The position numbers and the translations under genes were made by a program. Below, piece after piece: positions 42,248-50,129 of a stretch of DNA of 64,000 nt. Positions within the stretch are counted from its first letter, which is position 1; every line of letters begins with the position of its first letter. The notes under the pieces are model-generated. The model did no database searches. It was not told the DNA's origin and worked only from the letters and a program-made list of their open reading frames with translations. Source of the DNA: Buttiauxella sp. (GTDB lineage: Bacteria; Pseudomonadota; Gammaproteobacteria; Enterobacterales; Enterobacteriaceae); assembly GCA_032000125.1 (NCBI GenBank), contig DAMALH010000016.1, positions 2,580 to 66,579 on the forward strand, given 5' to 3'.

Positions 42248-43537
42248 TTATTCAGCTATCGCCTGCGGTTCGGAGCCTGCCTGCTGCGAGCTTTGAATCT
42301 TTCTGAACAGCAGGAAGGTAAACACCAGCACCAGCCCCATGGCGCAGAGCCCCATGATCCACATGTTGCGATAGGCGATGGCGGCGGGCAGGGTGTCCTG
42401 CCAGTGGCCAACCAGCGGGTAAACAAACACGTCCGGCAGGAAGCCAATTACCGAACAAATCCCGACGGTGGTGCCCATAATGAACCCTGGCGTACGCGCC
42501 TCGCCCGGGCAGGCAAAGTAAAGCCCGCGAGAGGCGTAACAGGTAAAAGCGAGCAGCAAAATCAGGCCGATACCGATAGCCACGGACTGTGGCTGACGGG
42601 TAGTGACCAGCAGGGCGACCAGCGAAAGCACGCTTACGAGCGCCAGAAGCTGAATCACGCGCGTCGGGGATTTAACCCGGCTGTAGGTGGTAATCAGACC
42701 GCCGAGCGGGCCGCAGACGGCGCGGAAGATTTTATTGATAACGATGCCCATATAGCTCGCCGCCACCAGCGACATGCCGTACATTTCCGTCAGGTAGTTC
42801 GTGGAATAGCTCAGAATGGCGTAGATAGTGTAAACGCCAAAGATAATCATGCTGCAATACCAGGTGGTGCTGATGCGCAGCACGGAGACGATATCTTTTA
42901 GCTGAAACGCGGGTTTCGCCGCTTCTTCTGTAACAGCGGTGCGGCTGGTAAAGCCGTCGCTGACGAAGAACCAGCACAGCACGCCAAGCGCGATATAGAC
43001 GCCGCTGTAAATCAGAATCACCGCTTTTAAGCTGTTGGCGTCTTCCGGGGCGAAGCGTGAAAAAATCCACATGGTGAACACCGCCAGCGCCATTACGCCC
43101 ACGCCGCGCAGCCCTTCCATCCAGCCCATGATTTTTCCCTGCTCGCTGTGGTCGCCCAGCAACGATGCGGCTTTAATCGAGACCGACCACAGCATCAGGA
43201 TAGTAGTGATGGCAAACGCGACCTGGATGACGATCATTACCCAAAGCGGCGGGTAAAACGCCATTACAACGCCCAGCAGGCCCGTGGCGATCATCGCCAG
43301 CGTCATCATTTTTCTGTGTGAGAATTTGTCGGCAATAATGCCGCTCGGCGCATAAAGAATAATTGCGGTAATACCGAAAGTACTCATTATTAACCCTATT
43401 TCGGTATTGGAAAAGCCCATAAACTTTGCCATGGGAATTTGATAAATATACCGTAAATAGGCCAAGTCAAAACTTACCCCCCCGCTGATACTTATTATTG
43501 CCAGGGTCAGCCAGCGGCGGAAATTGGAATCACGCAT
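42248..43537 (-). CDS. yqcE: MFS transporter (YqcE-like)
   Basis: ORF track 42248..43666. The N-terminal 43 codons of that ORF run through the leader terminator, so I prefer the ATG at 43537 (MRDSNFRRWLTLAIISISGG...), preceded by GAGAAAG. Confidence 0.75.
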   Translation of the reverse strand: MRDSNFRRWLTLAIISISGGVSFDLAYLRYIYQIPMAKFMGFSNTEIGLIMSTFGITAIILYAPSGIIADKFSHRKMMTLAMIATGLLGVVMAFYPPLWVMIVIQVAFAITTILMLWSVSIKAASLLGDHSEQGKIMGWMEGLRGVGVMALAVFTMWIFSRFAPEDANSLKAVILIYSGVYIALGVLCWFFVSDGFTSRTAVTEEAAKPAFQLKDIVSVLRISTTWYCSMIIFGVYTIYAILSYSTNYLTEMYGMSLVAASYMGIVINKIFRAVCGPLGGLITTYSRVKSPTRVIQLLALVSVLSLVALLVTTRQPQSVAIGIGLILLLAFTCYASRGLYFACPGEARTPGFIMGTTVGICSVIGFLPDVFVYPLVGHWQDTLPAAIAYRNMWIMGLCAMGLVLVFTFLLFRKIQSSQQAGSEPQAIAE

Positions 43538-43570
43538 AGTATCTTTCTCATCATTTGGTTTGATTCGGGC

Positions 43571-43632
43571 AAAAAAAAAGAAAAGCAACCAGTCCTTTGC
43601 AGGATGATTACTTTTCTCGGGGTCTCTAGTAA
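43571..43632 (-). terminator. 5'-leader element of yqcE: conserved box TTACTAGAGAC plus a long intrinsic terminator (about 17-bp stem, one bulged C, U9)
   Basis: The minus strand reads TTACTAGAGACCCCGAGAAAAGTAATCATCCTGCAAAGGACTGGTTGCTTTTCTTTTTTTTT. It lies between the predicted promoter and the yqcE start and is a near twin of 43791-43855. Confidence 0.65.
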
Positions 43633-43668
43633 TGGCCAGAATTAGTAACACACCGATAAATTCCATTG

Positions 43669-43684
43669 TGTGAGAAATATCACG
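43669..43684. promoter_or_regulatory. CRP-binding site candidate for the yqcE promoter
   Basis: TGTGA-GAAATA-TCACG matches 9 of 10 consensus half-site positions. Its centre lies about 44.5 bp from the start of the yqcE leader box, which is class II-like spacing. Confidence 0.55.
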
Positions 43685-43737
43685 ATTATGCTTTCGGTCT
43701 GCTTTTTATGGCCGTTAATTGCCCACAAAAACTAACT

Positions 43738-43753
43738 TGTGAAATACGTCACA
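43738..43753. promoter_or_regulatory. CRP-binding site candidate for the ygcW promoter
   Basis: TGTGA-AATACG-TCACA matches both consensus half-sites perfectly. Its centre lies about 45.5 bp from the start of the ygcW leader box. Confidence 0.65.
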
Positions 43754-43790
43754 AAACCTCCCGCGCGGCTATGCTATTTCTTTTAGCCAG

Positions 43791-43855
43791 TTACTAGAGA
43801 CGATGAGAAAAGTAACTTCCCTTTCGGGGGGAGCTTGCTTTTCTCATTTTTTTTG
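43791..43855 (+). terminator. 5'-leader element of ygcW: conserved box TTACTAGAGAC plus a long intrinsic terminator (10-bp perfect lower stem, bulged C, upper stem, U8)
   Basis: The plus strand reads TTACTAGAGACGATGAGAAAAGTAACTTCCCTTTCGGGGGGAGCTTGCTTTTCTCATTTTTTTT. It ends 26 nt before the ygcW ATG. Confidence 0.65.
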
Positions 43856-43880
43856 CGTTCAAAAAATTAAGGGGTTCACC

Positions 43881-44666
43881 ATGTCACTTAGCGCGCTCAA
43901 TGAATTCTCGCTGGATTTCTTCTCGCTGAAGGGAAAAACGGCCATCGTCACCGGCGGCAACAGCGGGCTGGGCCAGGCGTTTGCCATGGCGCTGGCAAAA
44001 GCGGGAGCGAATCTATTTATCCCCACCCTGATTGCCGATAAGGGGGAAACGCAGGAACTCATTGAACAACAAGGCGTTAAGGTCGCCTTTATGACGGTTG
44101 ATATTACCGAAAAAGGGGCCCCGGCCAGGGTGATTGCCCGGTGTGTGGAAACGTTTGGTGCGGTGGATATTCTGGTCAACAATGCGGGAATCTGTAAGCT
44201 TAACAAGGTGCTGGACTTTGGCCGTGAAGACTGGGATCCGATGATCAACATTAATCTGACCGCCGCTTTTGAATTAAGCCACGAAGCCGCAAAGGTTATG
44301 ATTCCACGCAATCAAGGCAAGATTATTAATATTTGTTCACTCTTTTCATATCTCGGCGGGCAATGGTCGCCAGCATATTCTGCCACGAAGCACGCGCTGG
44401 CTGGATTAACCAAAGCGTATTGTGATGAGCTTGCGCAATATAACATTCAGGTAAACGGCATTGCCCCTGGCTATTACGCGACCGATATTACGACTGAAAC
44501 CCGCAGGAATCCGGAAACAAATAAACGCGTGCTCGATCATATTCCAGCCAACCGCTGGGGAGAAACTCAGGATCTCATGGGAGCGATGGTTTATTTATCA
44601 AGCCGCGCCTCTGATTATGTGAATGGTCATTTATTAGTTGTCGACGGTGGTTATCTGGTCAGGTAA
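43881..44666 (+). CDS. ygcW: Short-chain dehydrogenase/reductase, KduD/gluconate-5-dehydrogenase-like (YgcW-like)
   Basis: ORF track 43803..44666. The start of that ORF lies inside the leader terminator, so I prefer the ATG at 43881 (MSLSALNEF...), preceded by AAGGGG. It has the TGGNSGLG cofactor motif and the YSATKHA catalytic YxxxK. Confidence 0.8.
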   Translation: MSLSALNEFSLDFFSLKGKTAIVTGGNSGLGQAFAMALAKAGANLFIPTLIADKGETQELIEQQGVKVAFMTVDITEKGAPARVIARCVETFGAVDILVNNAGICKLNKVLDFGREDWDPMININLTAAFELSHEAAKVMIPRNQGKIINICSLFSYLGGQWSPAYSATKHALAGLTKAYCDELAQYNIQVNGIAPGYYATDITTETRRNPETNKRVLDHIPANRWGETQDLMGAMVYLSSRASDYVNGHLLVVDGGYLVR

Positions 44667-44738
44667 TGCTTTGCAGGTTTATGCCTGCCTCTATTTTCAT
44701 TATTTATATTCCATTTTATTTGTCAGGAAGGAGTTGTC

Positions 44739-46193
44739 ATGTCTTTATCTCGCGAAGCGATTGTGGATCAGTTAAAAGAACTCGTTGGTCCGCAGCAGGT
44801 TATCACCGACGAAAAAGTCTTGCAGAAAAACAGCATCGACCGGTTCAGAAAATATGCGGATATCCACGGTGTCTACACGCTGCCGTTGCCTGCCGCCGTG
44901 GTTAAGCTGCAAAATCCCGAACAGGTTTCCAGCGTGCTGGCCTTCCTGAACAAAAACCGCGTTAACTGCGTGCCGCGCACCGGGGCTTCGGCGACCGAGG
45001 GGGGGCTGGAAACGGTAGTGAAAAATTCGGTGGTGCTGGACGGTTCCGGGCTGAATAAAATCATCAATATCGATATTGAAAACATGCAGGCAACCGCGCA
45101 GTGCGGCGTGCCGCTGGAAGTGCTGGAAAACGCCCTGCGTGAAAAAGGTTACACCACCGGCCATTCGCCGCAGTCCAAGCCGCTGGCGCAGATGGGCGGC
45201 CTTGTGGCAACGCGCAGTATCGGCCAGTTCTCCACGCTGTATGGCGCAATCGAAGATATGGTTGTAGGGCTTGAAGCTGTCTTCCCGGACGGCAGCATTA
45301 CGCGCATTAAAAACGTGCCGCGCCGCGCCGCGGGCCCGGATATTCGCCACGTGATTATCGGTAACGAAGGGGCACTGTGCTATATCACCGAAGTGACGGT
45401 GAAAATCTTCAAATATATGCCCGAAAACAATCTGTTCTACGGCTATATTCTCGACAACATGAAAACCGGCTTTTCTATCCTGCGCGAAGTGATGGTGGAA
45501 GGTTACCGCCCGTCTATTGCCCGCCTGTACGACGCAGAGGACGGCACCCAGCACTTTACCCATTTTGCCGAAGGCAAATGCGTGCTGATTTTTATGGCCG
45601 AAGGATCAAAGCGACTTGCCGAGGCGACAGGTGCCGGTATTGAAGAGATCGTTGTTCGCCATCCGGAATGCAAAAAGGTCGACAGCCGCCTGATTGAAAC
45701 CTGGTTCAATAACCTCAACTGGGGCCCGGACAAGGTTGCTGCCGAGCGCGTGCAGATTATGAAGACCGGCAATATGGGCTTCACCACAGAAGTCTCAGGC
45801 AGCTGGAGCTGCATCAACGAGATTTACCACAGCGTGATCGCGCGCATTCGCAACGAGTTTCCTCACGCCGATGACATCACTATGCTGGGTGGCCACTCTT
45901 CCCACAGCTACATTAACGGCACCAATATGTACTTCGTCTACGACTACAACGTGGTGGACTGTAAGCCGGAAGAAGAGATCGACAAATATCACAACCCGCT
46001 GAACAAAATTATCGTCGAAGAGACCATTCGCCTCGGCGGGTCGATGGTGCATCACCACGGCATCGGTAAACACCGCGTTCACTGGTCGAAGCTGGAGCAC
46101 GGCAGCGCCTGGCCCATTATGCAGGGCCTGAAAGACCAGTACGATCCGCAGGGCATCATGAACACCGGCACCATCTGGCCGATTGAAAAATAA
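44739..46193 (+). CDS. ygcU: FAD-linked oxidase (FAD_binding_4 / alkyl-DHAP-synthase- or GlcD-like; YgcU-like)
   Basis: ORF track, 484 aa. It has an N-terminal FAD-binding PCMH-type region (VPRTGASATEGGLE) and a GGAAGGAG Shine-Dalgarno upstream. Confidence 0.8.
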   Translation: MSLSREAIVDQLKELVGPQQVITDEKVLQKNSIDRFRKYADIHGVYTLPLPAAVVKLQNPEQVSSVLAFLNKNRVNCVPRTGASATEGGLETVVKNSVVLDGSGLNKIINIDIENMQATAQCGVPLEVLENALREKGYTTGHSPQSKPLAQMGGLVATRSIGQFSTLYGAIEDMVVGLEAVFPDGSITRIKNVPRRAAGPDIRHVIIGNEGALCYITEVTVKIFKYMPENNLFYGYILDNMKTGFSILREVMVEGYRPSIARLYDAEDGTQHFTHFAEGKCVLIFMAEGSKRLAEATGAGIEEIVVRHPECKKVDSRLIETWFNNLNWGPDKVAAERVQIMKTGNMGFTTEVSGSWSCINEIYHSVIARIRNEFPHADDITMLGGHSSHSYINGTNMYFVYDYNVVDCKPEEEIDKYHNPLNKIIVEETIRLGGSMVHHHGIGKHRVHWSKLEHGSAWPIMQGLKDQYDPQGIMNTGTIWPIEK

Positions 46194-46201
46194 CACCGGA
46201 C

Positions 46202-46229
46202 GTCGGCTCCTCAGGGGGCCGACTTTTTT
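46202..46229 (+). terminator. Intrinsic terminator after ygcU
   Basis: GTCGGCTCC-TCAG-GGGGCCGAC is followed by TTTTTT. Confidence 0.7.
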
Positions 46230-46256
46230 GATCCGGGTCGACGAAGGAATCTGCTT

Positions 46257-47612
46257 ATGTGCTCCGAACCGGTTCGCATGGACGACCTGCCTCTCAACCG
46301 TTTTCATCTCCGCATTGCCGGGCTGACGTTTGGCGCGCACCTCACCGACGGTTACGTGCTGGGCGTGATTGGCTTTGCGCTGGTGCAGCTCACGCCGCAA
46401 ATGTCCCTTACGCCGCTTCAGGAAGGCCTGATCGGCGGCTCGGCGCTGCTGGGCTTATTTTTCGGCAGCCTGGTGCTCGGCTGGATTTCAGACCATATCG
46501 GGCGCCAGAAAATTTTTAACTTCAGCTTTGTGCTCATCACGCTGGCCTCCTTTGGGCAATTTTTTGCCCAGACGCCGGAACAGCTTTTCTGGCTGCGGGT
46601 TCTGGTAGGTATTGGCCTGGGAGGCGATTATTCCGTAGGGCATACCATGCTGGCCGAGTTCTCGCCGCGCAAATATCGCGGCGTGCTTCTCGGCTCGTTT
46701 AGCGTGGTCTGGACGCTGGGCTATGTCGCGGCCAGCCTGATTGGCCATCAGCTGGTGGATGCCGGGCCGGACGCCTGGCGCTGGCTGCTGGCCTCCGCCT
46801 CATTGCCCGCGCTGGTGATTACGATCCTGCGCTGGGGGACGCCGGAATCTCCCCGCTGGCTGCTGCGTTAGGGGCGGGTTGAGCAGGCTCATCGGATTGT
46901 GCGCCAGTATCTGGGCGAGCATGTGATGCTCGGCGATGAGATAGCCGTCTCTACATCGCGCCATCTGCGAACGCTGTTTTCCGCTCGCTACTGGCGGCGC
47001 ACCGCTTTTAATAGCTTCTTTTTCGTTTGTCTGGTGATCCCATACTTCGCTATTTACACCTGGCTGCCGTCTATCAGCGGCCTGCTGGGGATAGGCCAGG
47101 GGCTGAGCGCGACGATCTTTTTAAACGTCGTGCTGGTCGTCGGCGCCTTGTTGGGGCTGGTGCTGACGCAATGCTGTACCCGGCGCGGCTTCCTGATTGG
47201 CGGCTTTCTGGTCCTGCTGGTGAGCCTGACCACGCTGGCCCTGCTTCCGGCCCATTTCAGCACCGCGATTCTGCTGCTGTTCTTTATCTTCACGCTGACA
47301 ATCTCGGCGGTGAGTAACCTGGTGGGCGTGCTGCCCGCGGAAAGCTTCCCGACGGACATCCGTTCGCTTGGCGTCGGATTCGCCACCTCAATGAGCCGTC
47401 TTGGTTCAGCTATCAGCACCGGGCTGCTGCCGGTGGCGCTGGTATCTTACGGCGTGCAGAGCACCATGCTGATGCTAAGCGCCGTGCTGCTGCTGGGGCT
47501 GCTGGTTTCCGTGTTCTGGGCGCCAGAAACCCGCAATCTCAGCCTGGTTGCGGCCTCCGGTAATAAGGAATATCACCCGGGAGCGACGCATGAACATTCT
47601 GTTAGCCTTTAA
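46257..47612 (+). pseudogene. ygcS: MFS sugar-porter-type transporter (YgcS-like) interrupted by one in-frame TAG at 46869-46871
   Basis: ORF-track entries 46257..46871 and 46899..47612 are in the same frame. The reading ...ESPRWLLR-TAG-GRVEQAHRIVRQYLGE... is continuous across the stop and spans the conserved PESPRWL loop of sugar-porter MFS proteins. An AAGGAA Shine-Dalgarno precedes 46257. Confidence 0.7.
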
Positions 47613-48369
47613 GGCCGAGCCTGATTTATCCATGCTGGCCGAAAAGGACTGGCTGGAGGCCGAACAGGGCAATCTTAATACTGCTCTGACTCGCCCGTGT
47701 TTTGGCGATGATGAACAGGCCGGGGCGGAAATACTGCTGCGCCAGCCAGAGCTAAACCTGACGGCAATAAGCGTGGGCAACGGACGGGCGGAAATTTTTT
47801 TACGCCAGCTAAAAGCCTCTGGATTCCAGCAGGTTGTTAACGTGGCGCTGGATGACGAGGCCCGTTTTGCACCACGACAAATCGCAGACCTGCTGGCCGC
47901 CTGGCAGCAGCGCAACCCGCAGTCGCTGATTGTGCTGGGATCGCGCAGCGTGGAAGGAAATAGTGGTCAAACGGGTTTTTATCTGGCGGAGCTGCTGGGC
48001 TGGCCCTGCTTTAGCCGCGTTTGCGATCTGGCGTTAGAGACAGAAAGACAGCAGGTGAGCCTTGAGCAGCGTATTGAAAAAGGCCATCGGCAGCTTACCG
48101 TGCGGCTGCCTGCGGTGGTAATGATGGAGAGCGACGGGCGCTACTGCCTGAGAACGCCGGGGCTGCGGCAAAAGCTGGCGGTAAACGCCGGGGACGTTCA
48201 GATCGTTAGCGCCGAATCCCTGGGCTACAGCACGCCAGCATCGCCGCGATGCCTGAAGCTGACGCGTAAAACGCAGCGTCGCGCGGGTCTGATTATTCAG
48301 GGCAGGGATGCGCGGGAAAAAGCACTTCACCTGTACCGGGACTGGCTACAAAAAAGGATGCAACCATGA
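47590..48369 (+). CDS. ygcR: Electron-transfer-flavoprotein beta-subunit-like protein (YgcR-like)
   Basis: ORF track 47548..48369. I prefer the ATG at 47590 (MNILLAFKAEPD...). It has ETF-beta/FixA-like length and layout and is immediately followed by an ETF-alpha-like gene with an ATGA overlap. Confidence 0.7.
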   Translation: MNILLAFKAEPDLSMLAEKDWLEAEQGNLNTALTRPCFGDDEQAGAEILLRQPELNLTAISVGNGRAEIFLRQLKASGFQQVVNVALDDEARFAPRQIADLLAAWQQRNPQSLIVLGSRSVEGNSGQTGFYLAELLGWPCFSRVCDLALETERQQVSLEQRIEKGHRQLTVRLPAVVMMESDGRYCLRTPGLRQKLAVNAGDVQIVSAESLGYSTPASPRCLKLTRKTQRRAGLIIQGRDAREKALHLYRDWLQKRMQP

Positions 48370-49232
48370 AAATTGCTCTGGTTATGCCGGATGGAGAAAG
48401 TCAGCAGCGCAATGAGTTTGGAAGCTTTCTTGCTAACAGCCGCCTGACTTCAGCGGCGTGCGAGCGCTGGCAGCTTCCCGCTATGGATTTTACGGAAAAT
48501 GCGTTAGCCGCACTTGCCGCTGAGTTTGCGCAAAATGCGGTAGATATGCTGCTTTTCCCTTCCGGCTGGCAGGGGGCTGAACTGGCAACGCGCCTGGCGT
48601 TCAGGCTTGGCGGCGATGCGCTGAGCAACGTCAACCACGGAGATTTTGCCGATCGGTGCAGCGTGAACAAACCCGCCTGTGGCGGAGCGATGGAAGCCGA
48701 AATCAGGCTACAAACCAGGCCCTGGTGCCTTAGCGTAGCAGCGGCGCCGGGGGCGACGGCCTGGCAGCCCGATTGCCCCACGGTGCCTCTTGCGGCAACA
48801 GACGCTGAACCGGACTGGCTGGTAAGCCAAAGTACAATACTTAAGGCGCAGGCGGGTGGATTAGCGGAGGCAAAGTTTGTGCTGGCGGCAGGGCGGGGAG
48901 TAGAAAGCGCGGACAATATGCGGCGGTTCGAAGCGCTGGCGGAACAGTGGGGGGCAGAGGTTGGCGCGAGCCGCGAAGCCGTAATGCACGCCTGGTGCGG
49001 CATGGATCGTCTGATAGGGATGTCCGGCACCCAGGTGGCGCCAGAGATTTGTATTGTAGCCGGTGTCTCGGGAGCTTCCGCTTTTACCAGCGGAATTAAC
49101 CGTAGCCGGTTTATCGTCGCTATCAACAACGATCCCCAGGCGCCTGTTTTCAGGCAGGCGGACGTGGGGGTTGTTGATGAGCTGATGCCGGTGCTCGAAG
49201 CGCTGGACGAACTCGCTACGGCAAAAGCTTAG
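48366..49232 (+). CDS. ygcQ: Electron-transfer-flavoprotein alpha-subunit-like protein (YgcQ-like)
   Basis: ORF track, 288 aa. The C-terminal FAD-binding signature is GMSGTQVAPEICIVAGVSGASAFTSGINRSRFIVAINNDPQAPVF. Confidence 0.8.
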   Translation: MKIALVMPDGESQQRNEFGSFLANSRLTSAACERWQLPAMDFTENALAALAAEFAQNAVDMLLFPSGWQGAELATRLAFRLGGDALSNVNHGDFADRCSVNKPACGGAMEAEIRLQTRPWCLSVAAAPGATAWQPDCPTVPLAATDAEPDWLVSQSTILKAQAGGLAEAKFVLAAGRGVESADNMRRFEALAEQWGAEVGASREAVMHAWCGMDRLIGMSGTQVAPEICIVAGVSGASAFTSGINRSRFIVAINNDPQAPVFRQADVGVVDELMPVLEALDELATAKA

Positions 49233-49791
49233 CCAGTTGCCAGACGCCGGTATTAGTCGTGGCGATGGCGAGCGCGCCGGCGTTTAACGCGTTATTGGCG
49301 TCTTCCGCATCGCAAACCAGGCCCCCGGCGATAACCGGCAGATCGATCTTATCCGTTACCCACTTCATCACTTTTGGCATGCAGCCCGGCAGGATTTCGA
49401 TGCAGTCCGGGTTCGACTGCGCCACCTGCTTATCGATATTGTGATAGGAAATTGAATCAACGATAAACAGCCGGTGAATGGCGAAAAACCCCTGCGCGCG
49501 TGCGGCTTTCACCATCGACGCTTTGGTGCTGATGATGCCATCGGCGGCCGTCACCAGCTTCAGGAAGTTAATCACGATCTCTTTATTCGAGGTGCCTTCC
49601 AGTAAATCCACATGCACAAAGGCGTACTTATCGGCCTTTTTGATCTGCTGGACGATGCCGGTAATGGTGCAGATATTGCCATAGAGCACGGAAATAAACT
49701 TACAGTCAGACTCCAGCGCGAGCTGCAGGCTCTGGTTATCTTTTACCGCGGCGATAAGCGGGTGTTGCTTGAGTAAAGGCATTAAAGACAC
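49216..49791 (-). CDS. ygcP: GlpP-family (glycerol-3-phosphate-responsive type) transcription antiterminator homologue (YgcP-like)
   Basis: ORF track, 191 aa. It has a PLIAAVKD...VLYGNI...FVHVDLLEG pattern typical of the G3P_antiterm family. It overlaps the ygcQ 3' end convergently by 17 nt. Confidence 0.75.
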   Translation of the reverse strand: MSLMPLLKQHPLIAAVKDNQSLQLALESDCKFISVLYGNICTITGIVQQIKKADKYAFVHVDLLEGTSNKEIVINFLKLVTAADGIISTKASMVKAARAQGFFAIHRLFIVDSISYHNIDKQVAQSNPDCIEILPGCMPKVMKWVTDKIDLPVIAGGLVCDAEDANNALNAGALAIATTNTGVWQLAKLLP

Positions 49792-49856
49792 AGCAGGAAC
49801 TCCATTCTTTAACCCGGTATAGATAAGGCCGCGGCCTGAAAAACCGGGTATGACAT

Positions 49857-50129
49857 TTAACCAAAGCGTAGCTGGATGCCCAAGCCCGCAGACGGATAGC
49901 GCCAGCGGCTGAGAGTTTGCTCATCGCACAGCAGACGACAGGTGCCGCACTCCAGACAGCCGCCGGGGTCAATGACCAGGCCGCTGTTCTCGTTGAAGCG
50001 ATACAGTCCGGCGGGACAGGCCTTCACCAGCACGGAGAGCGTGGCGTAATCGGCATGGTCTGCCAGCACAATATGGGGTTCAGCATCCGGGATATAGCGA
50101 TTTTTTGCCAGTTTTTCATTAACGTTCAC
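49857..50129 (-). CDS. ygcO: FixX-like ferredoxin (YgcO-like)
   Basis: ORF track, 90 aa, with cysteine pattern CPAGLY...CLECGTCRLLC. It overlaps the upstream FixC-like gene. Confidence 0.8.
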   Translation of the reverse strand: MNVNEKLAKNRYIPDAEPHIVLADHADYATLSVLVKACPAGLYRFNENSGLVIDPGGCLECGTCRLLCDEQTLSRWRYPSAGLGIQLRFG

